A stretch of 64,000 nucleotides of DNA from an uncultured delta proteobacterium (GTDB lineage Bacteria > Myxococcota_A > Polyangia > Polyangiales > B10-G4): the NCBI GenBank assembly GCA_963727445.1, contig CAVSGI010000010.1, positions 928,001-992,000 on the forward strand, given 5' to 3'. Positions 61,882 to 64,000 of this stretch are shown here, one piece after another. The notes under the pieces were generated by a model that was given only the letters and a program-made list of their open reading frames with translations, ran no database searches and was not told where the DNA came from. Both the position numbers and the translations under genes were made by a program. Each line of letters opens with the position of its first letter. Within the stretch, counting starts at the first letter, position 1.

Positions 61882-62838
61882 ATGCTGCATCGGACAACGC
61901 TCATCGTCGCTCTCATCGCCGCCAACCTCCTCGTCTTCCTCCCGGGCGGAGGTCTCGTGGGGATCGATGACAAGATCGCTGGAGCGGCGGCGTCCATCGT
62001 CGCCGAGGACAAGAGCGCCGCCGCGGACGCCGAGGCGCCCGGCGCCCTCGCTCCGGTGCCCGAGGTCGAGATCGCCGCGCCGACCGCGGTGGAAGAGCTC
62101 CCCACCGCCCCCACCTTCGAGACCACCCTCGCCAGCTACTCCACCCGCTATCACTTCGGTGGGAGCCACGCGGGCCGCGCGCACAACGTCGAGCAGGCCG
62201 CGGCGATCCTGAACGGCGCCATCATCGGCCCCCACCAGCAGCTCAGCTTCAACGAGCACGTCGGTCCGCGCGACCGCAACAACGGATTTCGCATGGCGAA
62301 GGTCATCGACGGCGGCCGCCTCGTCCCCGGCATGGGCGGTGGCGTCTGCCAGGTCGCGAGCACGCTGCATGCGGCGGCGCTCGAGGGTGGGCTCGACATC
62401 GTGCAGTCCCGCCCGCACAGCCGTCCGAGCCACTACATCCCGATGGGGATGGACGCCACCGTCTCCTATCCGCAGCTCGACCTGGTGATCGAGAACCCCT
62501 TCGACTTCCCTGTGCTCGTCTCTTCGCGCGCGGGCGAAGGTGAGATGTACGTCGAGCTCCGCGGCCAGGCGCGCCCCCGCGAGGTGGAGATCGAGCACCA
62601 CGTCGTGCACCGCTTCGCCTACGGTCACGAAGTCGAGGAAGACCCGAGCCTGCCCCTCGGCCGGCGCGTGGTCGAGCAGCACGGCATCCGCGGCGCGCGG
62701 GTGGAGGTCCTCCGCACCATCACCGAAAACGGCGAGACGCACGTCGAGCGCGACTTCGTTCGCTATCCCTCCACCGACGAGGTGGTGCGCGTCGGCACCG
62801 GCGCCCCCCGCCTCGAAGGTGCGCTCGCCCTGCGCTGA
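61882..62838 (+). CDS. VanW family protein with a C-terminal G5 domain
   Basis: RAHNV, SFNEHVGPR, GGGVCQVASTL, HSRPSHYIPMGMDATV; G5-like EDPSLPLG..VEQHGIRG..VVRVGT. Confidence 0.92.
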   Translation: MLHRTTLIVALIAANLLVFLPGGGLVGIDDKIAGAAASIVAEDKSAAADAEAPGALAPVPEVEIAAPTAVEELPTAPTFETTLASYSTRYHFGGSHAGRAHNVEQAAAILNGAIIGPHQQLSFNEHVGPRDRNNGFRMAKVIDGGRLVPGMGGGVCQVASTLHAAALEGGLDIVQSRPHSRPSHYIPMGMDATVSYPQLDLVIENPFDFPVLVSSRAGEGEMYVELRGQARPREVEIEHHVVHRFAYGHEVEEDPSLPLGRRVVEQHGIRGARVEVLRTITENGETHVERDFVRYPSTDEVVRVGTGAPRLEGALALR

Positions 62839-62890
62839 GCGCCGAAGATTCTTCGTCCCATTTTCGTGCCCCCCTCGCACCGAGGGGGGC

Positions 62891-63502
62891 ATGATGCTCT
62901 TTCGATTCACTCTCGCGCTCGGCGTCCTGCTCGCCAGCGCCAGCGCTGCCCAGGCACAACGCAGCTCGGGCTTTTCGACGCGCGAGCGCGAGGCCCTGAG
63001 TCGCGGCGAGATCGTGCGCCGCGTGCTCTCCTCCGAAGGCCAGGACCATCGCGCCTACGGCGGGGTCAGCTTCCTCTTCATCGACGCACCTGTCGACGAG
63101 GTCTGGGCGAAAGCCAGCGACGCCAGCGCCCTCACGGATCTCATCCCCACGCTCTCGAGCGCGCGGGTGGTCGAAGAGGGTGCGGGTCAACGGCTTCTCT
63201 TCATGCACCACAGCTACGGCGTCGGGCAGACCGACTACTACATGCGCATGGCGGTCGACGACACGCACCACCAGCTACGCTTCGCGGTCGACGCCTCCCG
63301 GCCACACGACGTGCGGAGCGGCAACGGGTTCTTGTCGCTGAGTCGCTACCGCGGCGGGACGATGGTGAGCTGGGGCATGCGCCTCGATCCCGGCGTCGGG
63401 ATCCTGGGTGAGCTCTTCTCGGGGGCCCTCGACGCATGGCTCCTCAAGCCGCCCCTCTGTTTGCGGGATGCGCTGAGGCCGGGTCCGGAGCCGTCGTGCT
63501 GA
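62891..63502 (+). CDS. Exported SRPBCC/START-like (polyketide cyclase fold) protein
   Basis: Signal peptide AQA-Q; FIDAPVDEVW..LIPTLSSARVVE pattern. Confidence 0.75.
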   Translation: MMLFRFTLALGVLLASASAAQAQRSSGFSTREREALSRGEIVRRVLSSEGQDHRAYGGVSFLFIDAPVDEVWAKASDASALTDLIPTLSSARVVEEGAGQRLLFMHHSYGVGQTDYYMRMAVDDTHHQLRFAVDASRPHDVRSGNGFLSLSRYRGGTMVSWGMRLDPGVGILGELFSGALDAWLLKPPLCLRDALRPGPEPSC

Positions 63503-64000
63503 CGGGCCGGGTCTTCGCCGTGACTGGCGCCAACACCGGCGTCGGTCGCGCCACGGCGATGGCGCTGGCCGCGCGGGGCGCGCGGGTCCTGCTCCTCTGC
63601 CGCGACGACGCACGCGCCGCCGAGGCCGCGGACGCCATCAGGGACGAGACCGGCAACACGCGCGTCGAAACGATCCACCTCGATCTCGGGGATCTCTCCT
63701 CGGTGGCGGTGGCGGCTGAGGAGATCGCGCGACGTGCACCGCACCTCGACGCCCTCATCAACAACGCAGGCGTCGCCGGCGCGCGGGGAACGACCGCCGA
63801 CGGTTTCGAGCTCGCCTTCGGCGTGAACCACCTGGGCCACTACGCGCTGACCCGGCGCCTGCTGGCCCGCATCGACCGCGTCGTCCACGTCACCTCGGGC
63901 TCCCACGCACGCGCTCACCGCCTCGACTTCCGCCGCCTCGAAGGCCCCACCCGCTCGCTCACCGGCATCGAGGAGTACGCGGTCTCGAAGCTCTGCGTGA
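63496..64000 (+). CDS. SDR oxidoreductase (retinol-dehydrogenase-like), runs off window end
   Basis: My translation from GTG 63496: VTGANTGVG, LDLGDLSSV, LINNAG, DGFELAFGVNHLGH, YAVSK. Confidence 0.92.
   Translation, partial: MLTGRVFAVTGANTGVGRATAMALAARGARVLLLCRDDARAAEAADAIRDETGNTRVETIHLDLGDLSSVAVAAEEIARRAPHLDALINNAGVAGARGTTADGFELAFGVNHLGHYALTRRLLARIDRVVHVTSGSHARAHRLDFRRLEGPTRSLTGIEEYAVSKLCV

Noticed and set aside
61882..62838. VanW as a vancomycin resistance locus
   Set aside because: There are no vanHAX or vanRS genes, and VanW-G5 proteins are widespread outside resistance clusters.

Overview
A very GC-rich, gene-dense chromosomal window with about 57 CDSs. Gene content points to a Myxococcota/Polyangia-like bacterium (inference): four Hanks-type Ser/Thr kinases, an FHA-GGDEF protein, many Cys-rich lipoproteins and a sigma-54 activator. 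Housekeeping and metabolic genes include sua5/tsaC, sixA, an arginyltransferase, frmA-fghA, purT, ndh, CoA transferases, M16/M1/M50 peptidases and SDRs. I saw no rRNA, tRNA or CRISPR array. The main highlights are: (1) a prokaryotic pentameric ligand-gated ion channel fused at its C-terminus to a family-5 solute-binding domain, in an operon with purT and a small Cys-rich protein; (2) a three-gene cluster of a secreted thermonuclease, a lipoprotein with 11 Cys/Asp repeats, and a porin-like protein carrying the same repeats; (3) three sigma-54 promoters, each 14-15 nt before the ATG of an exported protein; (4) two genes that appear to start at CTG in CTGA stop/start overlaps; (5) two unrelated 52-bp palindromic tandem arrays and a REP-associated tyrosine transposase. 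Several single-base frameshifts suggest indel errors in the assembly. All family assignments come from reading motifs by eye, with no database search.
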